64,000 bases of DNA. Source: Pristiophorus japonicus (Eukaryota). The translations under genes and the position numbers were made by a program. The stretch's first letter is position 1. Each line of letters opens with the position of its first letter. The stretch covers positions 11,098,001 through 11,162,000 of the forward strand of contig NC_092000.1 in the NCBI RefSeq assembly GCF_044704955.1, read 5' to 3'. A model generated the notes under the pieces. That model had not been told where the DNA came from. It made no database searches and saw only the letters and a list, made by a program, of their open reading frames with translations. This document shows positions 49,530 through 62,200 of the stretch, in pieces.

Positions 49530-50143
49530 TATGGACCATATACAGTAGACACCTCAAAGCGCTGGAGAAGTACCACCAGCGCTGCCTCCACAAGATCCTG
49601 CAAATGCACTGGGAGGATAGACACACCAATGTCAGTGTTCTCGCTCAGGCCAACATCCCCTGCATTGAAGCACTGACCACGCTTGACCAGCTCCGTGGGG
49701 CAGGCCACATCGTCTGCATGCCCAATACGAGACTCCCAGAGCAAGCGCTCTACGCGGAACTCCTACACAGCAAGCGAGCCCCAGGTGGGCAGAGGAAACG
49801 TTTCAAGGACACCGTCAAAGCCTCCTTGGTAAAGTGCAACATCCCCAATGGCACCTGGGAGTCCCTGGTCAAAGACCGCCCTAAGTGGAGGAAGAGCATT
49901 CAGGAGGGCGCTGAGCACCTCGAATCTCGTCACCGAGACCATTAAGAAGTCAAGCGCAGACAGCTGAAGGAGCATGCAGCAAACCAGGCTCCCCACCCAC
50001 CCTTTCCCTCAATGACTGTCTGTCTGTCCCACCTGTGACAGAAACTGTAATTCCTGTATTGGACTGTACAGCCACCTGAGAACTCACTTTGAGTGGAAGC
50101 AAGTCTTCTCCGATTTTGAGGGACTGCCTATGATGATGATGAT
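49530..50143 (+). mobile_element. RTE LINE 3' end
   Basis: WEDRHTNVSVL..AGH..RLPE; (ATG)n tail. Confidence 0.88.
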
Positions 50144-50339
50144 GGTGGTATAGCCGACTTGTGATAAGAGACCAAGAGCCCAATCTCAACCATGAACACC
50201 AGCCATGACTGTTTGACAATCACTAATATCCAATCACTCTAGGGTAAGTTATCCGCTTTATTTCTAACTTGGCCAGGCCCTCCCCCATCCAATGGCACAC
50301 CCTCTACAAGGGCTTGGACTTCAGCAGACCAGCACCCAC

Positions 50340-50723
50340 CTTTGAATAAGAGCTGTGTAACATCAGGCACAAATTCAACTGCTTCCTTTACACTAGAACT
50401 TGGAACACTGTAATAGAATCCAGCATCTGTCACTTGCAATCCTTTGATGTGAAGCTGTGCTGTGAACGAGGGGCTCGTAACACTGAATAAAAAACGATCA
50501 CCTTGCAGAAATCTACACAAGTTCTTTTGGTGTTCGCGGTGTTTGTAATAGCACCAACGCACAATCAGCAGTTCATCCGTCTTCCGGCTGGAGTTATCCA
50601 GCTTATCGCTCAGCCCCAAAGGTGCCGCCAAGCTGAATTTTGCATACTTGCTGGTGATTATGACGTCTTCCTTCACTACGCCGTAGATTGTCTTTATGCG
50701 CTGCTCCTCGCCTCTACTTGTAT
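50340..50723 (-). CDS. IgSF receptor exon 2: V-type Ig domain lacking both canonical Cys
   Basis: Acceptor aacttgttttccag, donor G|gtgggt; 384 nt, phase 1-1, open. V-set motifs: IYGVVKEDVIIT[S]KY, VRW, DRF, AQLHIKGLQVTDAGFYY[S], TQLLFK. Confidence 0.88.
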
Positions 50724-50949
50724 CTGGAAAACAAGTTAAAATGCACAAGGGAATGAAATGGGCATCAGCGCCAACTGCCTGCGAATGGTTAAGAAACTCG
50801 CTCGAGAAAGACAGGACCTAAACGGTCACGCGGCCATAATCAGTGACCTCAGCATTGCAGCACAACAACAGCAACTTGTATTTATATAGCGCCTGTAACG
50901 TAGATCTGATCTGTGGTAGTCTTGATACCAACTTAGTGAGGACTTGATA

Positions 50950-52860
50950 CCAACTTAGTGGATGAATATAAACCCCTTTGTGTGTGTTGAAAGTCAGATA
51001 CTGCTGACTTTCCTTATCAATGTGGAATTTAGCACAGGCGTGGGAGAGATCCAGTTTTGTGAAGACTTTGGTTCCCGCTAGTTCTACATACAGGTCCTGT
51101 GATGCCGGTCAAGGGTACTGTACATCATCAAATGCTCGAGTCAGGGTAATTTTATAACCCCCACAAAGCCATACCGTTTTGTCGGCCTTCGGAACTACAA
51201 CTAACGGGGTGGCCCAGTCACTCCTATCCGTCTTCACCAAAACTCTGTTTTTCTCCAACTTATCAAGCTCTCGCTCTACCTGCGATTTTAATGCTTTTGG
51301 TACCGGCCTTGGTCTACAAAAAATGGGTCTGACATCCAACTTAATCCAAATTTGTGCATTATATCCCTTGATGCCCTCGTATCAGTCCTCAAACTTGTTA
51401 GTATATTTCTCCAGCAGAGTATCTTGCCGAGACTTAACCATTTCTGTACTACAGATGCTGTACCAATCCAAACAAAGCACTCTTAGCTATCTTTGCCCAT
51501 AAGTGTTGGCCAATTGACGTATTTCGCTACAATAATAATAAGTAATCTTGCTTGTTGCCCCTGGTATTGTACGACACACCCCATTTGTCCAAGCTTCTGC
51601 AGTTTTTCCCCTGAATATGTTTTCAGCTTCGCTGAGCTTGCCTTTAGTGGCATGCCCCTGAAATTCTTGTAATACACATCTTGACTCATTATTGAGCAAT
51701 CAGCCGCTATATCTATTGTCATATCAATCCATCGATTATTATTCAGTGCTAACGTTCTGAAATCCTGACTGAATGAATGTATTGCCTTGCCCTTCACTGT
51801 ATATACACCAAAACCTACACTGCCTTGATAAAGTGCAACACATCCCCACTGCCACCTGGGATCCCTGGCTAAAGACCGCCCTAAGTGGAGGAAGTGCATC
51901 CGGGAGGGCGCTGAGCATCTCGAGTATCATCGCCGAGAGCATGCAGAAATCAAGTGCAGGCAGCGGAAGGAGCATGGGGCAAACCAGTCCCACCCTCCCT
52001 TTCCCTCAACAACTGTCTGTCCCACCTGTGACAGGGACTGTGGTTCTTGTATTGGACTGTTCAGCCACCAAAGGACTCATTTTAAGAGTGGAAGCAAGTG
52101 TTCCTCGATTCCGAGGGACTTCCTATGATGATGACATTGTTCTGATCGCTTTCCACCCAGTGAAGTCTTTGATTATCGTTGGGGCTGCCCTTGGATTTAC
52201 ATACGGCTACAATGTGTCCCCTTACTTGACACCGGTAGCATCTTTCCCACTTGAACCAACACAGTTGTGTGGTATGGTTGCCATTTCACATACAATATTT
52301 TGGTTTCATAACTCTCCCTCCGACTGGGCTCACTATCTTCTGTGTTTGTACAGCCCTGTACAATTTTTTTCTGCCATCTTCATGGGAGGTGGCTATGTTG
52401 CAAGCTCTCTCAAAAGAGAGAGATCATCCATACTTAACAATTATGACTGGATGCGTTCATCCCTTAGTCCACACACAAATTAATCTCAAAGAGCCCTGTT
52501 TAGGAATCCTCCAAAATTGCAGTGTAGAGACAATTTTCTTATGGCAATAATATATTCACTGATGGTTTCATCACGCATTTGGTTTCTCATTGCAAACGTA
52601 TAGTGCTCTGCTATTTCGTAAAGCTGTGGATCAAAATGATTGTCCAATATCTATAGCATGGCTGTGAATGAAGCATTCTTAACCTTTCTCGGGGGTAACA
52701 AATTCATTAAGATGTTATAATTCTCTGCTCCAACCATGACTGACAAAATATCTTTCATCTTCTCCTGAACTACTTGATTCCTTGATTGCGATTTTGCCAT
52801 CCTGCTGTGACTTCATTGACATTAGCTCTAAAAAAAATATTGCAATCTTTCCCTGAAGGA
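50950..52860 (-). mobile_element. old Gypsy gag-pro-RT remnant with an RTE insertion (51820-52134, +)
   Basis: PRPVPKALK..WATPLVVVPKAD..CGGYK; LKTYSGE; no LTRs seen. Confidence 0.8.
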
Positions 52861-52902
52861 TCTAAATGATTCCTTATTCTTGTCAAAATCTCACAAGTTA
52901 CT

Positions 52903-53946
52903 GACAACTATTTTGAGTTGTATCAGTAATCAAGTGCCCCCTGATTAAAGTGGGGGTTGGGGGAGGTCACACTCCAAAAACTTTTCAAGTGCCACCTTGT
53001 TTTTTTTGGGGGGGGGCACTAAAACCACAAATTATACAAGTGCCCCCTGGCTAAAAGCAGGGGGGGGGAGGCACTAAATCCAACAACTTAAACGAATTAA
53101 ACTAGACAGTAAAATCAAATTAAAATTTGGTTGCCGGGGGTGATGATGCACTCCAGTCCCTCCGGCGCCCACCTCTCACGGAAGGCCGCGAGCGTACCGG
53201 TGGACACCGCGTGCTCCATCTCCAGGGACACCCTGGCTCGGATACAACCGCGGAAGAGAGGCAGGCAGTCGGGCTGAACGATCCCCCTCGACCGCCCGCT
53301 GCCTGGACCGGTTGATGGCCCCCTTGGCCAGGCCCAGGAGCAGTGCTACGAGGAGGCCTTCTGACCTGCCCGCTCCCCTCCGCACAGGGTGCCCAAAGGT
53401 CAGGAGTGTGGGACTGAAGTACAACCAGAATTTGAGGAGCAACCCCTTCAAATATTGGAAGAGGGGCTGCAACCTCGCACACTCAATCTAAATATGGAAC
53501 ACGGACTCCTCCAGACGCAGAAATTGCAGGCGGCCTGGGAGTCTGTGAACCATCTTAAAAAACCGATTGCACGGGACTGCTCCATGCAACACTCTCCAGG
53601 CCAAGTCCCCACTAAATAAAGGGGGGACTCCCGCGTAGAGAGCATTCCACTGGGGACCCCCTGCCTCTTTCGGACGGCAAGATGTTGCGTTATGGCGTGT
53701 CCGGACGGCAAACGAGGATCGCAAAGTGGAGAGTGTGCAAGAGCATCCTGTACAGGAATCCCCACCGCGCAGAAATGAAAGGCACGGAGTGGATTTCCCG
53801 GAGGAGTCTCAAGCTGTGATGCGCCGGCTCCCGAGGGAGGTTTCGGGGCTTGGCGGCGATGAGGAATTCCGTCCGGACTGGGGTCAGTTCGGACGGGATC
53901 GCCCGACCTGCTTGAGCCTCCTCGACACACCTAACGGAGTCAGGGG
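52903..53946 (-). mobile_element. Tx1-like LINE 3' ~1 kb
   Basis: GDLAWRVLHGAV..CNFC..ESVFH..EC zinc-knuckle C-terminus, frameshifted. Confidence 0.85.
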
Positions 53947-54457
53947 CAACAGATCAACAAACCACATTACATATATATATATATATATATACACTAAAGA
54001 TCCCCAAAAAGTTTGAGTGAAATGGGAAGAATGAATAAAAATAGATGCAATCAAATATATCGTATACGAACAATGACAGACAGGTAAAGACCATCTGGTG
54101 CATCGAGCCTGTCCCACACAATTGTGATACCTTGTGTATCACAACATAGACACTCCACGCCACCCAAACCATGTGATCTCCTGGGAAAGGCAAAAAAAAA
54201 TTGGTAAAAATAGCATGGCAATTTGGGGAGAAAAATCTGGGAAATTCCTCTCCGAACCATCTAGGCGATCGAAACTTATCCAGGAAATCACTCTCGCCTT
54301 GAATTCCCTGCGGCACCTACCTGCTGTAAGGAGACCAAATGAGATCTCCCCTCCCTCACACAGTAGTTGGACAACCAGTTAAGCCCAACACACTTCAGCC
54401 TTATTCCCCAGAGTATCCCAACTCCTTAACACACAATGAAAGGATGTGGTGGCTCAC

Positions 54458-54545
54458 TCAGCCCATGAGACAATCCATTTAAGCACAAAATCAGCCAAAC
54501 CAACATGCTTTCCATTCCCCCAAACTCCACGGACAACCAACTCAT
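54458..54545 (-). CDS. IgSF receptor coding exon 1: signal peptide MSWLSVEFGGMESMLVWLILCLNGLSHGL
   Basis: Acceptor ttgttttacag; exon starts 54589. An in-frame TAA precedes the ATG at 54545. Hydrophobic core MLVWLILCL. Donor A|gtgagc is phase 1, matching the V exon (A+AT = Asn). Three in-frame Met are possible starts. Confidence 0.8.
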
Positions 54546-54964
54546 TGATGCACGAGAGGGAAAGAGTAAAAACGAAAGTTAAAGTGTACCTGTAAAACAA
54601 AGGCCAGTGAGAGAAAAGAGGAAAACCAACAAGGAGAGACCTGGACGATTCATGTTGCTCTGCAGGCTTCTGCCCTTCTACAAAGTGACTGTGTGTAATA
54701 CTCCTTAACAGGAAGAGAGACCCATATGATGGTGCAATTTTACTGTCCTTCTTCCCTTGTGCAATAGGAAATGAATGTGTTATACAGTCAGACCATGTTC
54801 CTTCATTTCCCACCATCTGTACAGTTTTTAAATGCAATTGGAATGTGTCTCATTTCCGACAGCCACTGAAATCTGACTTTTTTTCATCCTCCCCAACGAA
54901 CTATGGTGGAACGATGGAGCAGCCAGCCACACCGCCAGTGATAGGTGGACAACGCCATCACTTA

Positions 54965-57925
54965 ACATAGAAAATAGGTGCAGGAGTAGGCCATTCGGCC
55001 CTTCGAGCCTGCACCACCATTCAATAAGATCATGGCTGATCATTCCTTCAGTACCTCTTTCCTGCTTTCTCTCCATACCCCTTGATCCCTTTAGCCATAT
55101 CTAACTCTCTCTTGAATATATCCAATGAACTGGCGTCAACAACTCTCTGCGGTAGGGAATTCCACAGGTTAACAACCCTCTGAGTGAAGAAGTTTCTCCT
55201 CATCTCAGTCCTAAATGGCCTATCCCTTATCCTAAGACTGTGTCCCCTGGTTCTGGACTTTCCCAACATTGGGAACATTTTTCCCGCATCTAATCTGTCC
55301 AGTCCCGTCAGAATCTTATACGTTTCTATGAGATCCCCTCTCATCCTTCTAAACTCCAGTGTATAAAGGCCCAGTTGATCCAGTCTCTCCTCATATGTCA
55401 GTCCAGCCATCCCTGGAATCAGTGTGGTGAACCTTTGCTGCACTCCCTCAATAGCAAGAACGTCCTTCCTTAGATTAGGAGACCAAAACTGAACACAATA
55501 TTCAAGGGGAGGTCTCACCAAGGCCCTGTACAACTGCAATAAGACCTCCCTGCTCCTGTACTCAAATCCCCTAGCTATGAAGGCCAACATACCATTTGCC
55601 TTCTTCACCGCCTGCTGTACCTGCATGCCAACTTTCAATGACTGATGAACCATGACACCCAGGTCTTGTTGCACCTCCCCTTTTCCTAATCTGCTGCCAT
55701 TCAGATAATATTATGCCTTTGTGTTTTTGCCCCCAAAGTGGATAACCTCACATTTATCCACATTATACTACATCTGCCATGCATTTGCCCACTCACCTAA
55801 CCTGTCCAAGTCACTCTGCAGCCTCTTAGCATCCTCCTCACAGCTCACACTGCCACCCAGTTTAGTATCATCTGCAAACTTGGAGATATTACACTCAACT
55901 CCTTCATCTAAATCATTAATGTATATTGTAAAGAGCTGGGGTCCCAGCACTGAACCCTGCGGCACTCCACTAGTCACTGCCTGCCATTCCGAAAAGGACC
56001 CGTTTATCTCGGCTCTCTGCTTCCTGTCTGTCAACCAGTTTTCTATCCACATCGGTACATTACCCCCAAAACCATGTGCTTTGATTTTGCACACCAATCT
56101 CGTGTGTGGGACCTTGTCAAAAGCCTTTTGAAAGTCTAAATACACCACGTCCACTGGTTCTCCCTTGTCTACTCTGCTAGTTACATCCTCAAAAAATTCC
56201 AGAAGATTCGTCAAGCATGATTTCCCTTTCATAAATCCATGCTGACTTGGTCCTATCCTGTCACTGCTTTCCAAATGTGCTGCTATTTCATCCTTAATGA
56301 TTGATTCCAACATTTTCCCCACTACTGATGTCAGGATAACTGGTCTATAATTACCCGTTTTCTCTCTCCTTTTTTAAAAAGTGGTGTTACATTAGCTACC
56401 CTCCAGTCCATGGGAACTGATTCAGAGTCGATAGACTGTTGGAAAATGATCACCAATATATCCACTATTTCTAGGGCCACTTCCTTAAGTACTCTGGGAT
56501 GCAGACTATCAGGCCCCGGGGAATTCATCGGCCTTCAATCCCATCAATTTCCCACCTAATAAGGATATCCTTCAGTTCCTCCCTCTCACTAGACCCTCGA
56601 TCTCCTAGTACATCCGGAAGGTTATTTGTGTCTTCCTTCGTGAAGACAGAACCAAAGTATTTGTTCAATTTGTCTGCCATTTCTTTGTTCCCCATTATAA
56701 AATCACCTGAATCTGACTGCAAGGGACCTACGCTTGTCTTCACTAATCTTTTTCTCTTCACATATCTATAGAAGCTTTTGCAGTCAGTTTTTATGTTCCC
56801 AGCAAGCTTCCTCTCGTACTCTATTTTCCCCCTCTTAATTAAACCCTTTGTCCTCCTCTGCTGAATTCTACATTTCTCCCAGTCCTCAGGTTCGCTGCTT
56901 TTTCTGGCAAATTTATATGCCTCTTCCTTGCATTTAACACTATCCTTAATTTCCCTTGTTAGTCACGGTTTAGCCATCTTCCCCATTTTATTTTTACTCC
57001 AGACAGGGGTGTTCAATTGTTGAAGTTCATCCATGTGATCTTTAAATGTTTGCCATTGCCTATCCACCGTCAATCCTTTAAGTATCATTTGCCAGTCTAT
57101 TCTAGCCAAATCACATCTCATACCGTCAAAGTTACCTTTCCTTAAGTTCAGGCAATTTGGGAGATGGCAGGCAGCACTATTCTATAAATCAGTACAGGTA
57201 CACAGAGTGTGTTCGACCTTGTTGTAAGCCCAAGAACTGCACTGACTTAACCAATTCATCTTAGTCAAGAATGGCCTTTTTTGGTCATGATTGGACTTTT
57301 TTGGCCAAAACTTTGAACATGGTTCTAGGCTCCCCAGCCAGGGGAAACATCCTCCCTGCATCTACCCTGTCAAGCCCTGTAAGAACTTTGTATGTTTCAA
57401 TGAGATCACCTCTCATTCTTCTAAACTCTAGAGAATATAAGCCTAGTCTACTCAATCTCTCCTCATAGGACAATCTCCCCATCCCAGGAATCAGTCTGGT
57501 GAACCTTCGTTGCATTCCCTCAATGGCAAGCATATCCTTCCTTGGGTAAGGAGACCAAAACTGTACACAATACTCCAGGTGTGGTCTCACCAGGACCCTC
57601 AAAGCCTCCCTGATAAAGTGCAACATCCCCACTGACACCTGGGAGTGCCTGGCCCAAGACCGCCCTAAGTGGAGGAAGTGCATCCGAGAGGGCGCTGAGG
57701 ACCTCGACTCTCAACGCCAAGAGCATGCAGAAAGCAAGCGCAGGCAGCGGAAAGAGCGTGCGGCAAACCAGTCCCTTCTCTCAACGACTATCTGTCTCAC
57801 CTGTGACAGAGTCTGTGGCTTTCGTATTGGACTGTTCAGCCACCAAAGAACTCACTTCAGGAGTTGAAGCAAGTCTTCCTCAATTCCAAGGGACTACCTA
57901 TGATGATGATGATGATGATGATGAT
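54965..57925. mobile_element. CR1 LINE (-, 54965-57150), CR1 piece (-, 57320-57595), RTE 3' end (+, 57590-57925)
   Basis: RT ORFs 55048-56761; (GAT)n tail. Confidence 0.9.
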
Positions 57926-58945
57926 GAAGATGATATAATTGCAGTAAGACTTATTTACGCATATACCATTAGGTTAGATTCCCGCACTCGACTATTAGAG
58001 TTACAGAAATCTTCTAGGAGTATATTTCTAAAAAATCTTTTGTCAATTTTATTTTTTCCACTCTTACCCTTCATCCAATATATCGTTTATCTAACCCCCG
58101 TTGCTATGGGTATCTGGTTGCAGACACCACGGGTAGGCTTTCCCTAAAGGCCCTCAGCGCCCGATTGCCTGCTGAGAAACACCACTAATGTTTGGCAAAA
58201 AATGCTGGCGAGCGTTTCCATTTTAATGGTAATAGTCAGTAGAACTGATCCCCCGGCGAGAAAATGGGCATTGCACACTCATTGTCGACGGTTTTCTCGG
58301 TGGGTAAGTGCAAAGTTAGCCAAATGGGCGTTCGTTACCGCAATGGACGGTAAGTAGTAAAATTCCGTCCGAGGCTGCGGTTGGGCCTATGGAGGAGGGA
58401 AACTTAAAAAAAAAATTAAACATGTACATAGCATTCCCAAGATAGTTTTAACTCCAATCACTGTGTTAAAATTTTAAACAAATAAATAAAGAACCTTTAA
58501 CTGACCTTTCTTTGCAGGGTCCCCCCCTTACCGCCCTGTTTAAGCAGCTTTTGCAGGCCGGGTCTCTCGGCGATCAGGACGTCGGTGGTTGAGGCCAAAC
58601 TTACGCCTTGGCGATTGTTCTTGGCGTTGCACGTGGGTGGTTTGGTACCGGCGGGCGATTTCAGAAGTGGGCGATACCAAGGCAAAAACTTACATGGAAA
58701 CTCTCGCCGGGCGTAAAACCAGATGTAACGGCGAGAAAATCGCCGACAATGAAGTTGAACGTCTAGCCCAATGTTCCATCCGGTACAGATCCGGTTATAG
58801 ACTCTGGTCCTCATTCTATAAGGATCTGGTTAGACACCATCCTCCAATCCATATGGATCTGCTTACCGAAAGCACACGCATCTTATTGTAGGACCTGGTT
58901 ACAGACATGGAACCCTATCCCATCCAGGTCTGAAGTATACACAGT

Positions 58946-59242
58946 TGCAATATATTTGCTTCATGGATTCTTTGCTTAAGCATCTATAGCAACACATTGC
59001 TATGAAGAACTAGTTGGTTTATTAGCAAAGGATTACACATTACACATTACACATTACACATTACACATTACACATTACACATTACACATTACACATTACA
59101 CATTACACATTACAAGTTCATCCACCAGGCTCACAACCACCAGCCCCATCGTGGATCCCCCAAACCCAACTGGCCGGGGTTTTATTGAGTCTTGTGAACA
59201 GCGCGTGACTGGCTAAGCCACTCCCAACTTAACAGCTCTACA
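58946..59242 (-). mobile_element. probable solo LTR containing an (ATTACAC)n heptamer repeat (59032-59113)
   Basis: TG..CA termini, AATAAA on minus; no clean TSD because a Tx1 abuts one end. Confidence 0.5.
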
Positions 59243-62200
59243 ACTATTTTAATTAACAGATAAAGCCGAGTGCTCCCTTATTAAAGGGCCACTAGAACCC
59301 ACAAATTAACAATAAAACATTAAAGGAACCTTAACCGATCAAATTAAAATTTGGTTGCCGGGGGTGATGATGCACTCCAGTCCCTCCGGTGCCCACCTCT
59401 CGCGGAAGGCCGCGAGCGTACCGGTGGACACCGCGTGCTCCATCTCCAGGGACACCCTGGCGCGAATGTAACCGCGGAAGAGAGGCAGGCAGTCGGGCTG
59501 AACGACCCCCTCGACCGCCCGCTGCCTGGACCGGTTAATGGCCCCCTTGGCTGTGCCCAGGAGCAGTCCTACGAGGAGGCCTTCCGGCCTGCCCACTCCC
59601 CTCCGCACAGGGTGCCCAAAGATCAGGAGTGCGGGACTGAAGTGCAACCAGAATATGAAGAGCAGCCCCTTCAGATATTGGAAGAGGGGCTGCAACCTCA
59701 CACACTCAACATAAATATGGAACACGGACTCATCTAGACCGCAGAAATTCTCAGCGGCCTGGGAGTCCGTGAACCTACTTAAAAACTTATTGCACGGGAT
59801 TGCTCCGTGCAACACCCTCCAGGCCAAGAGCCCAATAAATAAACGGAGGACTCCTGCATAGAGAGCCCTCCATTGGGGACCCCCGCCTCCTCCGGACAGC
59901 AAAATGGTGCGCCATGGCGTGTCCGGACGGCAGACGAGGATAGCAAAACAGAGAGTGTGCAAGAGCAACCCGTACAGGAATCCCCTCCATGCAGAACTGA
60001 AAGGCACGGAGGGGATTTCCCTGAGGAGGCTGAAGTTGTGAGACGCCGGCTCCCGAGGGAGGTTTCATGGCTTGGCACCAATGAGGAATTCCGTCCGGAC
60101 GGGGGTCAGTTCAGGCGGGATTGCCCCATGTGCTTGAGCCTCCTCGACACACCTAACGGAGCCAGGGCCCAGTGCTGTTTTTAGCGACTTGATGGCATTG
60201 GCCACGCGCCAGACGTTGGCCCAGGATCAGCGCCATCCAGCCCGCTCCTCCACCCTGGTCACCTTGCCAAACACAGCCCTCTCTCGTCCGTCCGCCACCT
60301 AAAACTGCGCTCGTGGCGGTACGGACTCCTGAGCAGCGGCTCCTGAAGGACAGCCGCCACTCCAGACGGGGAGAACTGCGCTTGCAACTCTTTTGAGGTA
60401 AACAAAATTAAACATTAAATCAAGTGCCTGCCCGATCTGGGGGACACTCCAGACACTTTTAACTGCCCTCTTTTTTTATATATTTTTTTGTTGTTGTTTT
60501 TTTGGGGTTTTTTTGTGATTTTTTGGGGGGCATTAAAATCATATATTTTACAAGTGCCCCCTATAAAAGGGGAGGGGGACACTAAAACCGGCAATTAAAA
60601 CAAATTAAACTTTAAAACATATAAAATCAAATTAAAATTTGGTTGCCGGGGGTGATGATGCACTCCAGTCTCTCCGGCGCCCACCTCTCGCGGAAGGCCG
60701 CGAGCGTACCGGTGGACACCGTGTGCTCCATCTCTAAGGGCACCCTGGCCCAGATGTAAGCACGGAAGAGAAGCAGGCAGTCAGGCTGAACGACCCCCTC
60801 GACCGCCCGCTGCCTGGACCGGCTGATGGCCCCCTTGGCCGTGCCCAGGAGCAGTCCGACAAGGAGGCCCTCGGACCTACCCACTCCCCTCCACACAGGG
60901 TGCCCAAAGATCAGGAGTGTGGGACTGAAGTGCAGCCAGAAATTGAGGAGCAGCCCCTTTAAATAATGGAACAGGGGCTGCAGCCTCGCACATTCGATAA
61001 AAACGTGGAACACGGACTCCTCCAGACCGCAGAAATTGCAGGCTGCCTGGGAGCCCGTGAACCGGCTTAAAAACCGATTGCACGGGACTGCTCCGTGCAC
61101 CACCCTCCAGGCCAAGTCCCCGATAAATAGTGGGAGGACTCCCGCGTAGAGTGCACTCCATCGGGGACCCCTGCCTCCTCCGGACGGCAAGATGGTATGC
61201 CATGGCGTGTCCGGACGGTAGACGAGGATGGCAACTTTGAGAGTACGCAGGAGCAGCCCGTACAGGAAACCCCTCCGCGCAGCACTGAAAGGCACGGAGG
61301 GGATTTCCCCGAGGCGGCTCAAGTTGTGAGGCGCCGTCTCCCGAGGGAGGTTCCAGGGCATGGCGCCGATGAGGAATTCCGTCCGGACGGGGGTCAGTTC
61401 GGACGGGATCTACCCACGTGCTTGAGCCTCCTCGACACACCTAACGGAGTCAGGGCCCAGTGCTGTTTTTAGCGACTCGATGGCATCGGCCGCGCGCCAG
61501 ACGTTGGCCCAGGATCAGCGCCATCCAGCCCGCTCCTCCACCCTGGTCACCTTGCCAAACACAGCCCTCTCTCGTCCGTCCGCCACCTAAAACTGCGCTC
61601 GTGGCGGTACGGACTCCTGAGCAGCGGCTCCTGAAGGACAGCCGCCACTCCAGACGGGGGAGAACTGCGCTTGCAACTCTTTTGCGGGGGGGGGGGGAGG
61701 GGACAAATAAACATTAGATCGAGTGCCCCCCGATCTGAGGGACACTCCAAACACTATTAACTGCCCTCTTTTTTTTTGTTTTTTTGGGGTTTTAAAAAAA
61801 AATTTTGGGGGGGGCATTAAAACCATATAATTTACAAGTGCCCCCTATAAAAGAGGATGGGGACACTAAAAACACCGGCAATTAAAACAAATTAAATTTT
61901 AAAACATAAAATCAAATTAAAATTTGGTTGCCGGGGGTGATGGTGCACTCCAGTCCCTCCGGTGCCCACCTCTCGCGGAAGGCCGCGAGCGTACCGGTGG
62001 ACACCGCGAGCTCCATCTCCAGGGACACCCTGGCTCGGATGTAACCGCGGAAGAGAGGCAGGCAGTCAGGCTGAACGACCCACTCGACCGCCCGCTGCCT
62101 GGACCGGCTGATGGCCCCCTTGGCCGTGCCCAGGAGCAGTCCTACGAGGAGGCCTTCGGACCTACCCGCTCCCCTCAGCACAGGGTGCCCAAAGATCAGG

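Noticed and set aside
46593-50723. Rearranging Ig/TCR/IgNAR or MHC locus
   Set aside because: No RSS, J segment or FGxG motif; V splices directly to C1; no peptide-binding domains.
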